Shown in pieces: positions 13,250 through 27,150 of a stretch of 64,000 bases of DNA. Under the pieces are notes generated by a model that worked only from the letters and a program-made list of their open reading frames with translations, did not search any database and was not told where the DNA came from. Source of the stretch: Eledone cirrhosa (taxonomy: Eukaryota); assembly GCA_964016885.1 (NCBI GenBank), contig OZ024752.1, forward strand, positions 5,890,001-5,954,000. Direction: 5' to 3'. Both the position numbers and the translations under genes were made by a program. Position 1 is the stretch's first letter. The number at the start of each line of letters is the position of its first letter.

Positions 13250-13370
13250 CTTCATTTAGAGATAATAAGGTGACTGCAGTAGAGAGACGACCACTACCAA
13301 GACTAACCAGGTGAGGTTTCTCAGATTGGACCTTGTATGCTGAGCCAGCTTCAGTCACTTCAAGCTGGTC
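13250..13370 (-). CDS. PHLDB1: PHLDB1/LL5-like protein, coding exon (start of FHA region)
   Basis: ttttccAG acceptor and G|GTAAGT donor; 121 nt (phase 0 to 1). Translates DQLEVTEAGSAYKVQSEKPHLVSLGSGRLSTAVTLLSLNE(G), matching the recalled PHLDB1 N-terminus KVQTDKPHLVSLGSGRLSTAITLLPLEEG. Confidence 0.92.
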
Positions 13371-14191
13371 CTGGAAAAATAATCAAATAACTTAAATTAT
13401 ATACAGTAATGCTGGAAGAGATATACAGATAATTGGTTCAGTACATGTACTTTATTAATTCTGGAAATATGAAAAGTAATTCCCAACCGTGTTAGGATTT
13501 AAACTCAGAATCTAACGCATGGACGTAAATAATAGAAGGCTCCAAAATAGAGACCCAGCTGCTATTGTAAGGGGTATATATGTATATATATGCATGTGTT
13601 ATATATATAAGCCAACAGCCCCTATTTTATGTCTGAGAAATAGGTGAAAATCTAAACCCCTTTATAAACTGAGGCAGCTAATCAACACATTGTTTAGATG
13701 GCAAATATAAGCCAACCTCCATTGATTTTTTGGTCACATATTCCTCGGCTAATATTCAAGTATATCCGGTGTTTGTGTGTGTGTGTGTGTGTGTATATAT
13801 ATGTATATATATATAATTTAACAATAGTTTTTTCCCTGCTAGTAGTAGCGTGTGTGTGTGCGTGTGTGTTTGGTGGAGTTTATTTATTTTCTAGTAGAGA
13901 ATGAAAAGGGTGGTTGTTAGAGTGAAATCAAGAGGAGATATGTAAAAAATCTTCCCATCTCTCTTTATAGTACCACACTTTCATTGACTTTTGACAGTTT
14001 TATAGAGACAACACTGTGGGGGTCATATAATAGGAGAAACTGAGTTAATAACACCTCCAAGGAATAGAGGCAGACATATTGTCAGTGTTGGACATAAGCT
14101 AAATAAGTTATAGCTATAGCTTAGGGCAACACACCCTAGGGGGAGGACATTATTTTATTTTATCATTAGTTTTTATTCTTTAACACAAACA

Positions 14192-14232
<41 letters not shown>

Positions 14233-14260
14233 CATACATATACATACATACATACATACA

Positions 14261-14867
14261 TGGTGGCTGCCAACTCGTTTTCGAGTACGGCCACTACTTT
14301 ATATCCATGTAAGAGAACCCCTACCGATGCGCTGAACGAGTGTGACTTTTAGTCCAGCCAGCGACTTGAAAACTCTGGTACAAACACTACACTTGTGACA
14401 ATTATTGATACATAGTGCTGGGCCCATGGTACCATGTGACGACAAGTGCAGAGAGATCTTCAGATATAAAGCAATGCCTGTGCCGTGAAGCTTTTATAGT
14501 GAGCAAAGGCACTGCACAAAGCCAGTCCCACTCTCTTAACCAAGATGATATTTACCAAAAAGAAGAACAAATCAACATCATTGGATACCATTAGTGTTGC
14601 AGGTGTTATATCAGAGTTTTCCTTCTCCTAGAATTCTGCCTTGACAAAGGCTAAGGGGTCATCTCTCCCGGTGATTTTGGATGGCCATTGACTCTTAAGA
14701 GCTTCCTTTCCCTTTGACAGGTTTTGTTTTTAGTCCTGCAGGATGTCCAAAGTCACCCTCCTCACCAAGAAACCTTGGTGGGGTTGCCAGTTTAGTCGCT
14801 AATGACCCGACCATGAGACAGGTTGTACTGGGATACATGTTACCAGTAGCACCAACTGGTGACCTGA
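14261..14867 (-). mobile_element. Young non-autonomous element, probably RTE-derived
   Basis: Near-identical to 9406-9861 over about 455 bp; contains GGAGAAGGAAAACTCTGAT (an RTE 5'-UTR-like motif); embedded in (CATA)n. Confidence 0.7.
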
Positions 14868-17800
14868 CATATACATACATACATACATACATACATACAT
14901 ACATACATAATCACTGTTTAATGTCCATTTTCCCACACTATCATGGATTATATGAGTTATGTGAGAGATCATAACCCCACACAACCCTCTCCCCCACTTG
15001 CGATATTTCCACAGCTCTCCTACACAGCAAAGATGTTCAGTGATTTATTTATTGATTACAAGAAATTATCATATCATCACAACCATCATCATCATCATCA
15101 TTGTTTAACCTCTATTTTGCATGCTTGCATATTTGATTTGATTATATTATACAAATTTGTTTTAGAATGTGATCCTTTAAAGTTTAGTAATGCACCTGTC
15201 TGAGGTTGCCTCGTTAGTTTTAATAGTAGCGCCATTCCTGACAATGGAAGGTGACATAGACAGGTATATATATAGCAAAGTATACATCATAAATAACTCA
15301 AGTAAGAATTACCTGTCTACAATAAATTACAGGTGCATCTAATAAAACTGACAAAAGACATCAGACAGTAATGTGGAGCCGATACATGGCTCTGGTATGA
15401 AGTACCTATCCACCACAAATTACAGGTGTATATATTACTGTGAGATGTAATAACAGACATATATATATATATATATATACAGTATAGTGTAGACCAGACA
15501 TGGCTCAGGTATGATCTACCTGTCCACCACAAATTACAGGTGTTTATTATTCTACTTAGTAACATTGTTAATTCTACTTTAGGAAGTGTTAAAATATGTT
15601 TATACCACCAGGTCTGAACATATGTAAGTCTGTGTATCTATGTTTGGATGTGTATATATAACTATGCCTATATGTATGTATATATGTACATATGTATGTC
15701 TGTGTATACACTGGTATGTGTATACATGCATATATAACTATGTCTATATATGTGTATGTATGTACATATGAATGTCTTAACTCTTTCATACCAAGATTCT
15801 AACGAAAGACGCTAACCATATTTTTCAAATAATTAAGAAGTTGTAGGGATTTAGCAATATAACTTTCTCATTATTAAGTTAGTGGAACATAACAAAGGTT
15901 CCTATGTAAAATTATAATGGAAGGGTTTTAGATAAATATAAACACTTTCATTATCAGATCTCTAATAAAAGACTGATTTTCAATTTATTTTCAAAATAGT
16001 CAAGAATTTTAATGATATAGTAATATAACTTTTTTTTCATTATTAGCTGGTGTTTGAAACATAGCAAAGGTTCTTATCTAAACTTATAATGGAAGGTATT
16101 AATATAAATATAAAGGCTTTAAAATAAACAGCTTTGCATCGTAGAAGCGAGAATGGTTTCAAGCAGCTTGGTATCAAGTAGGATTAAGAAGAATGAGAGA
16201 AATGGTGTGGGAGGAATTGATAAGAACCAAATGAAGGTTGTAAGAAAAATAATTGTTTTGTCATGAGATATAAAGGAAATGAAAGTGATAAAGTCATCAA
16301 AATAACCAAATTGAAACTGTAATGGCTACTTCCCATTTCTCTGGTGGCCTTCCAGCAATTATCAAAGATTAATCACTTATAATTACAGTCATATGTTACA
16401 TCTGCTACTAATGTCTCTCAAACAGTATCTTGGATTTGTTAAGTACTTAATATCCAGTATAACTTTTATTTCTAGGATATATTTACATAAAATAATTGAG
16501 CAGTATCTAATAAAAACCTAACACACTATTTAAAATGGGGGGGGGGGGGGGGGGTGAAAAGAAGAAAAAGAAAAAAAGGATCAGACAAAGAAAGGGAGAG
16601 GAGACAGACACTACACCTCAGCCTTGTGGACAAAATAGTAATGGTATTAGAACAGACTGGCTAGAGATGCTGTAACAGCCACCTCAAGGGGGCTCCCGTC
16701 TTTCTCATTTTACAGTTTCTCAACATTTATCAGTTTAGTTATTTTCTAGACTCCATCAATTATTTTCTTCTCCTCCATATCTCCCCTTACCTGTGGAGGC
16801 AGCTACAGGTGGAAACATCTTTCAACAACCATATCACTGATATCTTAATTATCATTAATTAATCCTTTACCTTTACCTATATCTCCTTTAGCTGGGAAGG
16901 TGTATGGCCTAGTGGTTAGGGTGTTGGACTCACAAACATAAAAGCATGGGTTCAGTAGTTAGATCCTCATCATTAAAACACCTGAGAAACCCCTTATACA
17001 ACCTCGTAGGAGGACAGCTAAACCTTCAAACTTGTAAATGTAATTTTCAACTAAACAGCACACTGGGTGTGTAGTTAAGGAGTTCACATCACAACTGTAT
17101 GGTTTGGGGGTTCAACCCCACAGCATGGTACCTTGTGAGTGGAACTTCGTAGGAGAAAATAGTTATTCATTTGTTTTGTTTATTAACTGCAGCTGTGTGA
17201 TATGAAAACTAAAGTGTTTGTAGTGTCTTATACTAAGAATGATTTCTCTATTAAACAGAATTTCTATAAATATACACATATGACATATGTAGTAGAACGA
17301 CTGCCCTACATTAACTGCAATAATCCTTCATTTACATATGTTTGTGTGTGTGAGTGTGTGTGTGGGGGGGGGGGGGGTTATATTGTACAGCATTTCTATT
17401 TTATTGACTTCTGAAGGACGAAAGGTAAAGTTGACCTCAGCTGGATTTTACTCCAATACTACTCCCCCCCCCCCATCTACCCCCTCCAGTACCCCCACAT
17501 TTACCCCCTCCAATACTAATGTACCTCAGTAAAGTTTTAGGTTCACTAGGCAGAAGAAATGAAATGTTATTTTAGTTTGAAGTTGTCTCATTCAAAGTAA
17601 AAAATATACACAACTATAATTGTTCAAACGAACTCAACAATTGAAGCTTTAGATATTTTAAAATTGAGTTTCTATATAGTGAATTGGTAGACAGATAGTT
17701 ACACCTGACTGAGTCACTAAAGTACTAAACTGGAGTACTAAACAGGTTGAACCACGCAACAGACGTTTTAAGGTCATTTCAATGAAAAAAATCAAATGAG

Positions 17801-18034
17801 AATGAAAAGCAATGTCTACAGCTCACACCTGTACAGGTTTACCTGGCGTTTACAAAGGTTGCATTTCATAGAAGGTTTCTTGAGTGTTTTGATAATAGGA
17901 GCCCCCGTCTTATCATGGAAAGTAATGTGGAATGAATCAACTTGCTTAAGAACATAACATACCACCCAGTCCAGGAATTAACTAATGAAGAATTTAGAAG
18001 AATTGGCAAAAAAATATCAACTATTTCATTATTT

Positions 18035-18241
18035 GGCAATAATCAGGAGAGCATCAGACAACTTGCTGTGTGACATCGAGTTACGTCCCTTTATGTTCTG
18101 AATTCAAATCCCACCGAGGTCGGTTTTGCCTTTCATCCTTACATGGTTGATAAAATGAAGTACCAGTAATGCACTGGGGTCAATTTAATCGACTTTATTC
18201 CCCAAAGTTGTGAGCCTTGTGTCTAAATCAGAAACCATTAT
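18035..18241 (+). mobile_element. SINE family A
   Basis: Core motif and AGAAACCATTA tail. Confidence 0.8.
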
Positions 18242-19244
18242 TTAACCCTTTTGATACCTAACTGCCAGAAACTATTCGTCCTACAGGACAAAATTCATTT
18301 TAACGTATTAATATGGCCAGTTTAAATACTAAAGGGTTAAAACAAGTGGTTTTGTTTCAGAGAACCAGTTTGGGACAAGTTGATTTCAAAAGGGTTCAAT
18401 ATATTATTTACTTCTCATGTGAAAAGTCAAGTTGAAAAGTTTTATTTTTAATTTTTCTATGAACTCAGTATTTTGAGGTTAAATAAATGAAATTTAATAA
18501 TGCAACACTGTACAGTTTTCATGAGAAATGGAATATGCTATAGTTGAAATATATTTCACATATTTACTTTATGCTGAAAAAAGTAAAGCTCACAGTGGTT
18601 TATAGCAAACTCATGCTGATAACACAGCTTCCCGTCAGATGGTTCACGTTAATAGTTTAGAGTGAGGCTGTGTTAGTTTGTTACCTCATTCGTTACATCA
18701 ATATCTGATGAAGGAAATAAACCAGATATTACATCATCCTAGTAACCTAGATTTCATTACCATTGAAATGTTTGTTTTTAGTTATATATTTTAGGTACAT
18801 ATACAGATGTGTGATACAGGGTGAGATGTGTGTGGTACAGTCAGGGCCATGTAGTACCAACAGGTTCATGTGGTACAGTGGTTTCAAAGCAAACTCCTTA
18901 ACCACATAACCAAGCATGTGCCTATTGAATTACCTATCATAGCACTGGCACTATCACTTTACAGAGTGTACAGGGTGTATTTTATAATGGCACTAGCACT
19001 AGAGAGGTTGTGATGTCCTCAGCAAGCCCAAAGCATTGTTTTGGTTCTATGTTGTCTTGATTCCATGAAAAGAGACACTCCAACTAAGAAATGTAAGAAG
19101 AAATAGAGAGTGAAATGGTTAACTTACTAATTTATTAGGTCCAATCTGTTGTTTAACAGTCGTCTTTGTAGAAATGGAATTCATGTTGGTTGTAAATCAC
19201 TGCTAGGAAATATATATCACATAATTCTTTGAATCTGAAAGAAT

Positions 19245-19450
19245 TATGGAAAATATGTGAAAAATATATTAAAAAATCTGTGCAAAATATGTGAAATATA
19301 TGGAAAATATATGGAAAATATGTGGAAAATATATGGGAAATATATGGGAAATATGTGGAAAGTATGTGGAAAGTATGTGGAAAACGTGTGAAATATGTGG
19401 AAAACATGTGGGGAAATATGTGGAAAATATGTGGAAAATATGTGGAAAAG
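19245..19450. repeat. 11-12-bp degenerate tandem repeat
   Basis: (AAAATATGTGG)n. Confidence 0.85.
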
Positions 19451-19687
19451 GAAGAAACTATGATTTTATTTGTCATTTATTTGCCCTTTCATTAACATAT
19501 TTCTAATGAAAGACACTGATTAGAATTTTCAAATCACTTCGAAAATAATGAAGAATTTAGGATTTAATAGAATGAATAACTTTTTTGTTATTGAATTGGT
19601 GTTTGGAACATAAAGCTTCTCACATAAAATATTATAATAGACTAGAATAGTTAATATGAGGTATTGTGTGATATGTAATATAGATAT

Positions 19688-21190
19688 GGTAGCTTCATTT
19701 CTCTCCAGTCTACACATATCTTCTGCTGTAACTGCATATGTTTCACTACCATGTAGCACCACATATCCTCTGCAGTCACAGCCCATGTTTCACTACCATG
19801 TAGCACCACATATCCTCTGCAGTCACAGCCCATGTTTCACTACCATGTAGCACCACATATCCTCTGCAGTCACAGCCCATGTTTCACTACCATGTAGCAC
19901 CACATATCTTCTGCTGTAACTGCATATGTTTCACTACCATGTAGCACCATATATCCTCTGCAGTCACAGCCCATGTTTCACTACCATGTAGCACCACATA
20001 TCCTCTGCAGTCACAGCCCATGTTTCACTACCATGTAGCACCACATATCCTCTGCAGTCACAGCCCATGTTTCACTACCATGTAGCACCACATATCTTCT
20101 GCTGTAACTGCATATGTTTCACTACCATGTAGCACCACATATCCTCTGCAGTCACAGCCCATATTTCACTACCATGTAGCACCACATATCCTCCGCAGTC
20201 ACAGTCCTTGTTTCACTACCATGTAGCACCACATATCCTCCGCAGTCACAGCTCATGTTTCACTACCATGCAGCACCACATGTCCTCTGCAGTCACAGCC
20301 CTTGTTTCACTACCATGTAGCACCACATATCCTCCGCAGTCACAGCCCATGTTTCACTACCATGTAGCATCACATGTCCTCCAGTCACAGCCCATGTTTC
20401 ACTACCATGTAGCACCACATATCCTCCGCAGTCACAGCCCATGTTTCACTACCATGTAGCATCACGTCCTCCAGTCACAGCCCATGTTTCACTACCATGT
20501 AGCACCACATATCCTCCGCAATCACAGCCCATGTTTCACTACCATGTAGCATCACATGTCCTCCAGTCACAGCCCATGTTTCACTACCATGTAGCATCAC
20601 ACTTCACACACAGATGTCATACAGTCATCCTTTTGTAGTAGAAAAAAAATCTTTTGTTGTCAACAATGGGAGTAGCTCTCTGAACTTCTTCCATCCTATC
20701 CTTATTCTAACTATTATACTCTCAAAGCACCCTCTTCTACTGTTAATTAAGTCACCTAAATAATAGAAGCTATCAACCACTTCTATGGATCCTTCCTGTG
20801 ACTTTAAGAGGTTTATATCACTGCCATTCTTCCCCTCAATTATTCCTATCCATCTTCTACTTGCAAAGTCTTCCTTTCCTGTTAGTCTACCTGATATCCC
20901 ACTACATCTCTTGTGTACCCAAGATTTACATTGTGTACACTGTATGGCGTTTATGCCTACTCCCTTTCTACATATGGAGCAGGGCCACTTCCCTGAGGGA
21001 ATCAGAGTCCTATCTTCTCCCCTACTCACTAGCAATTTAGTTTTGACTAAGTTTACTCTCAGAACTTTTCATTCCAAATTCCGTTTCCAGAGTCAGAACT
21101 TCCCATGGACAGCCAGTTCCCTTGTTATGGCCTGGAGAACTATGATGAACAACAATGGGCTAAGACCCAAACCTTGATGAACTCCTACCT
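19688..21190 (-). mobile_element. Degenerate RTE LINE fragment with an internal 47-bp array
   Basis: SGKWPCSICRKGVG..QCTQCKSWVHKRCSG, GWKKFRELLPLL and LHGSETWAVTAEDMCRLERNEA, homologous to 4200-5437; contains stops and deletions. Confidence 0.88.
19712..20600. repeat. 47-bp minisatellite (about 19 copies)
   Basis: Unit CCATGTTTCACTACCATGTAGCACCACATATCCTCTGCAGTCACAGC. Confidence 0.96.
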
Positions 21191-21592
21191 GAAATATGTT
21201 TGAATATACTGGGTAAAACATTACTTTGTTTTATTTGTCATCTTTGCTCTTTATAGATTTCTACCAGATTGTACCAGCTTTCTTAGTCTTTATAATAGAT
21301 GCTTTAGATTGAAACATTAAGAATTTAAAACAAATGATTTTCATCGTAGAACCAAGAGTTACAGGTAGGTTGTTATCAAAAGTGTTAGAGAAAATAACTG
21401 GTTACACATTTAAAGAATATCACTATTTCATTTGTTCAAGATACTGTTCCGTGGGGTGTACTCATTTCACTAATAGGTTCCCACCTGTGTGTGGAGTGTG
21501 GGTGCTAACTGGAAATGATGTGTTTTATATATTATCTTATGTTGTCTGTTTTTATCTAATGTTTCATCAAATTTATTTATCAGTTATATAAT

Positions 21593-21774
21593 TGTTTCTA
21601 CTTTAGGCACAAGGCCAGCAACTACCCAGTGCCTCACTGGTACTTTATTTTATCGACCCCGTAAGGATGAAAGGCAAAGTCAACCTCGGCGGGATTTGAA
21701 CTCAGATCGTAAAGGGACGTAACTATGCTAGAAAGCATGGCGTCCGACCCTCTACCGATACTACCAATCCACCC
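21593..21774 (-). mobile_element. SINE family A with 14-bp TSD
   Basis: TSD ATCAGTTATATAAT at 21579-21592 and 21775-21788. Confidence 0.9.
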
Positions 21775-23284
21775 ATCAGTTATATAATGATTGTGAAGTA
21801 GATATGTTAACCATGTGGGTAAACTACATCCATTGCTAGGGTGTGTGGTAGGACAATAAGTCAGTCAATGTTGGATGTTGTTCCTGTATACTGGGTGTAA
21901 GTGTATTAGAAGAGAATTGTACTTTAAGTCCGGTTGGCTTGATAGGAAGACACGTGGAGGGGGAGTTGACTGCTATTATTGGTTGGATGAGTAAACCACT
22001 ATATAGAGGTCTTATTTTATGTTGAGGATGGGGAGATTTTTTAGGTGGGGTTGAAGAATGGGAGTAGGACGGGGCCTACATAAAGAAAAATGAAATTCTT
22101 GGCCTGCAAAGAATAAAGAATCCTGTTAGAGTAGTAAACCAGCGGGAGATTTGAAAACTAAACTCTCTGTGTGTGTGTGTGTGTGTGTGTACGTGCGTGC
22201 GTGTGTGTGTAATAAAATAACATTAGGCTAGACATCTAAGAGAACCTAGAAGATGGATGAACTATTTACAATAACCAACTTACTGTTCTTAGCTTAAAAA
22301 GTATTCTTAGTGAAGCAATGGAGAAAAAGCTGATCTTGTGACTTGCTTCAAATCTTAATAAACAAAACTTCCTTTCTTGTTCAACCTCTGTCTACCCACT
22401 GCACCTTAACTTTTAACATCCTGTAAGGATTTAGCAGAAAATATCGACAGCAGTTTTGTTAATTCAAATGTTTCTAGAATATTTATTATATGACAGATTG
22501 TTGTGAATTATCTTAACTGTAATAAAGTAAAGAGAGCGGGACTGCATCCAGAATATATTTTTTTATCCTGTGTAAGATAAGTTGGATTACTTTGAATAAA
22601 TAATGAATGAATATTACATAATTTATCTACTAAATTTCGTAACTCTTGATTAAATGTATTTTATTGCTTATTTTAAGATTCACTTCTTTAAAATTTTCAA
22701 ATGTCAACACTTCCAGTTAGCAATCGCTTAAATAAACATTCATATATTTCCGTCACTAATTTTCTCCTAATGCAGTTTATATATAATATCGTCTTTTTTT
22801 AATGTATCATGGATTACGTTACTGGTTACATAAGAGAGTGTAACACAGTCTCTCTTCAATTTCTGTGTGTATTGTCAATTACGATTTTATTTGACGTATC
22901 ATATCTACATGCATATATATTTGCATATAATATCAATATGCACACTACACATACTAGCAGAAAATAACCCTAAGGGTGGTTTTTCTGCTAGTTACAGTAA
23001 AGACTGGCATATCTAACATGATGTAGTGACAGTGTTGTCTTCTACTTTCCAGGAATGTCTTGCTAATGTAATTTCATTGGGTACAGCATGTTGAGAGTTA
23101 AACAACAGTGAAGTGAGAGCAACTGGGGGTGGGGGCAACTGGGGTGGTGGAAACTGGTGGTGGGGGCAACTGGGGATGAGGTCAATAAGATTACAGAATC
23201 TTATATGGAGGTAAAAAAAAAGGGGAAAATTCTTTTTCAAAAAAAGGTTTTATATAAAGAGCAAGTTGGATTTCAATTGAGCGT

Positions 23285-23545
23285 GTCCTACACTCCAGCT
23301 AACACTTCAAACATCTATCTGTCCTACACTCCAGCTAACACTTATCTGTCCTACACTCCAAACATCTATCTGTCCTACACTCCAAACATCTATCTGTCCT
23401 ACACTCCAAACATCTATCTGTCCTACACTCCAGTTAACATCTATCTGTCCTACACTTCAAACATCTATCTGTCCTACACTCCAGCTAACACTACAAATAT
23501 TTATCTGCCCTACACTCTAGCTAACACTACAAACATTTATCTATA
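23285..23545. repeat. Approximately 24-bp degenerate tandem repeat
   Basis: Unit AACATCTATCTGTCCTACACTCCA. Confidence 0.85.
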
Positions 23546-23984
23546 TTCTCTTCTAGCAATCAGATATCCTGCTAGAAGCAGCAAAAGTATTATCAAATTA
23601 CCAACATGTAGCGCTGTGCTAGGGTCTTTAATTCTTTTTTTTTTATCTCTACAACACCAACAACACCTTAACACCAGCAACAAAAAAACCCTTACCATTA
23701 TGAAACACAACACTGCCAACATCATCACCAACAACACCATCACTACTCAACACCACCATCCCCAACACTACCACCAACACCACCATCTCCAACACTACCA
23801 CCAACACCACCATCCCCACCACCACTCAACAACAATATGTTTCTGTCATTATACAATAGTAGCAGAACAAACCACAACAATATTCAACAATTTAATCTGG
23901 TAACAGGTTTGGCTCTTCTGTGTGTTTGTGTGTGTGTTTATGTGTGTGTATATAGTTTACAATAGGTACATCACATCCCTGTAT

Positions 23985-24532
23985 CTGGTTTATAAGAGGT
24001 ACATTGTATCCCTGTGTGTATCTGGTTTATACGGTATCCCTGTATGTATCTGGTTTATACGGTATCCCTGTGTGTATCTGGTTTATACGGTATCCCTGTA
24101 TGTATCTGGTTTATACGGTATCCCTGTGTGTATCTGGTTTATACGGTATCCCTGTGTGTATCTGGTTTATACGGTATCCCTGTGTGTATCTGGTTTACAC
24201 TGTATCCCTGTGTGTATCTGGTTTATACGGTATCCCTGTGTGTATCTGGTTTATACGGTATCCCTGTGTGTATCTGGTTTATACGGTATCCCTGTGTGTA
24301 TCTGGTTTATACGGTATCCCTGTGTGTATCTGGTTTATACGGTATCCCTGTGTGTATCTGGTTTATACGGTATCCCTGTGTGTATCTAGTTTATACGGTA
24401 TCCCTGTGTGTATCTAGTTTATATGGTATCCATGTGTGTATCTAGTTTATACGGTATCCCTGTGTGTATCTGGTTTATACGGTATCCCTGTGTGTATCTG
24501 GTTTATACGGTATCCCTGTGTGTATCTGGTTT
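23985..24532. repeat. 28-bp minisatellite (about 19 copies)
   Basis: Unit TATCCCTGTGTGTATCTGGTTTATACGG. Confidence 0.96.
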
Positions 24533-24688
24533 AGAATAGGAATACTATATTCCTTCATGCATAACCAGTTCAGAATAGGTGAACTGTATCCCTGTGTGAA
24601 TCTGGTTCAGAATGGGTACAGTATACCTATTATAAACTGGTTATACACACAGGGATATGGTGTACCTATAAACTGTAGATAGGATCAG

Positions 24689-26465
24689 AATTGTTGTTTA
24701 GCCACAGGTCAGTCCTGTCTCAACAGACCTAGATCAAAGGTGCACCAGATGTGATGACAATTGTTGTTTAGCCACAGGTCAGTCCTGTCTCAACAGACCT
24801 AGATCAAAGGTGCACCAGATGTGATGACAATCATTGTTTAGCCACAGGTCAGTCCTGTCTCAACAGACCTAGATCAAAGGTGCACCAGATGTGATGACAA
24901 TCATTGTTTAGCCACAGGTCAGTCCTGACTCAACAGACCTAGATCAAAGGAGTGCCAGATGTGATGACAATTGTTGTTTAGCCACAGGTCAGTCCTGACT
25001 CAGCAGACCTAGATCAAAGGAGTGCCAGATGTGATGACAATTGTTGTTTAGCCACAGGTCAGTCCTGTCTCAACAGGCCTAGATCAAAGGTGCACCAGAT
25101 GTGATGACAATCGTTGTTTAGCCACAGGTCAGTCCTGACTCAGCAGACCTAGATTAAACGTGCACCAGATGTGATGACAATTGTTGTTTAGCCACAGGTC
25201 AGTCCTGACTCAGCAGACCTAGATCAAAGGTGCACCAGATGTGATGACAATCGTTGTTTAGACACAGGTCAGTCCTGACTCAACAGACCTAGATCAAAGG
25301 TGCACCAGATGTGATGACAATCATTGTTTAGCCACAGGTCAGTCCTGACTCAACAGACCTAGATCAAAGGAGTGCCAGATGTGATGACAATTGTTGTTTA
25401 GCCACAGGTCAGTCCTGACTCAGCAGACCTAGATCAAAGGAGTGCCAGATGTGATGACAATCGTTGTTTAGCCACAGGTCAGTCCTGACTCAACAGACCT
25501 AGATCAAAGGAGTGCCAGATGTGATGACCATCGTTGTTTAGCCACAGGTCAGTCCTGACTCAGCAGACCTAGATCAGATGTGCACCAGATGTGATGACAA
25601 TCGTTGTTTAGCCACAGGTCAGTCCTGACTCAGCAGACCTAGATCAAAGGTACACCAGATGTGATGACAATCGTTGTTTAGCCACAGGTCAGTCCTGACT
25701 CAACAGACCTAGATCAAAGGTGCACCAGATGTGATGACAATCGTTGTTTAGCCACAGGTCAGTCCTGACTCAGCAGACCTAGATCAAATGAGTGCCAGAT
25801 GTGATGACCATCGTTGTTTAGCCACAGGTCAGTCCTGACTCAGCAGACCTAGATCAAAGGTGCACCAGATGTGATGACAATTGTTGTTTAGCCACAGGTC
25901 AGTCCTGACTCAACAGACCTAGATCAAAGGAGTGCCAGATGTGATGACAATCGTTGTTTAGCCACAGGTCAGTCCTGACTCAACAGACCTAGATCAAAGG
26001 AGTGCCAGATGTGATGACAATCGTTGTTTAGCCACAGGTCAGTCCTGACTCAGCAGACCTAGATCAAAGGAGTGCCAGATGTGATGACAATCGTTGTTTA
26101 GCCACAGGTCAGTCCTGACTCAGCAGACCTAGATCAAAGGAGTGCCAGATGTGATGACAATCGTTGTTTAGCCACAGGTCAGTCCTGACTCAGCAGACCT
26201 AGATCAAAGGAGTGCCAGATGTGATGACAATCGTTGTTTAGCCACAGGTCAGTCCTGACTCAGCAGACCTAGATCAAAGGTACACCAGATGTGATGACAA
26301 TCGTTGTTTAGCCACAGGTCAGTCCTGACTCAGCAGACCTAGATCAAAGGAGTGCCAGATGTGATGACAATCGTTGTTTAGCCACAGGTCAGTCCTGACT
26401 CAGCAGACCTAGATCAAAGGAGTGCCAGATGTGATGACAATCGTTGTTTAGCCACAGGTCAGTCC
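24689..26465. repeat. 60-bp minisatellite (about 30 copies)
   Basis: Unit centred on TTGTTTAGCCACAGGTCAGTCCTGACTCAGCAGACCTAGATCAAAGG...CCAGATGTGATGACAA; 60-bp period. Confidence 0.97.
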
Positions 26466-27150
26466 CGGTTGAATAGAATCTCAGTGATGTTGACTTGAGA
26501 CTGAACCTCAACAACTGATATTTTATTGACACTCAGAGAGAGATGAAAAGCAAAGTTGACTCCTTCAGTGGGATTTGAACTGAGAATGTAAAGAGCTCTA
26601 AGTACAGCAATCCATGTTATTGTTTCAGTCAGTCACTGATAAAACAAAAAAGAAGAGGAGAAGGAGGAGGGGGAGTGAAACAAGAGGAAGAAGAGGAAGT
26701 TGTTTATTTTTAGATAAGATTTAAAAAGATGTTAAAAGTTGAATTTTGTTATACCATCATACCATCCTGGGGCATGGACTCCAGGTTAAGGTGTTGGAGT
26801 TAAAATCATTAGGTTGTGGGTTTCAAACCTTCATCTCATAGCATATTGTTATCTTCAGAAACATGCTTTATTTCTCATTGCTTTTTATGACAAGAGTGGG
26901 GCCCTGTAATTAAAATACCCAAGAAATCTCCTGAGATAAAACCTTGTATGAGGCCAGCTTAACATATGTGTGAGCTGTAAATTTATTGTGTGTGTGTGTT
27001 TTACTAACATATGTGTGTTTATGTCTAATCTGTAAAGGTAGGTAAGATTTAATAGATAACAAAAATATTTGTGGTTAGTGTTTGTTTGTAAAGAGAAAAC
27101 AGATTATTTGATGAGCTTAGCTTATTTGATAATATGACTATATATGGCCC

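Noticed and set aside
16791-16850. Possible upstream PHLDB exon ending CCACAG|GTAAGG (minus strand)
   Set aside because: The frame needed to join exon 13370 contains TAG, and the ATG-initiated open frame is in the wrong phase. It could only be UTR and is unsupported.
18700-18760. CTGATGA core at about 18705 (also CTGAAGA at 27 and about 34297)
   Set aside because: No correctly placed stem II plus GAAA plus UH.
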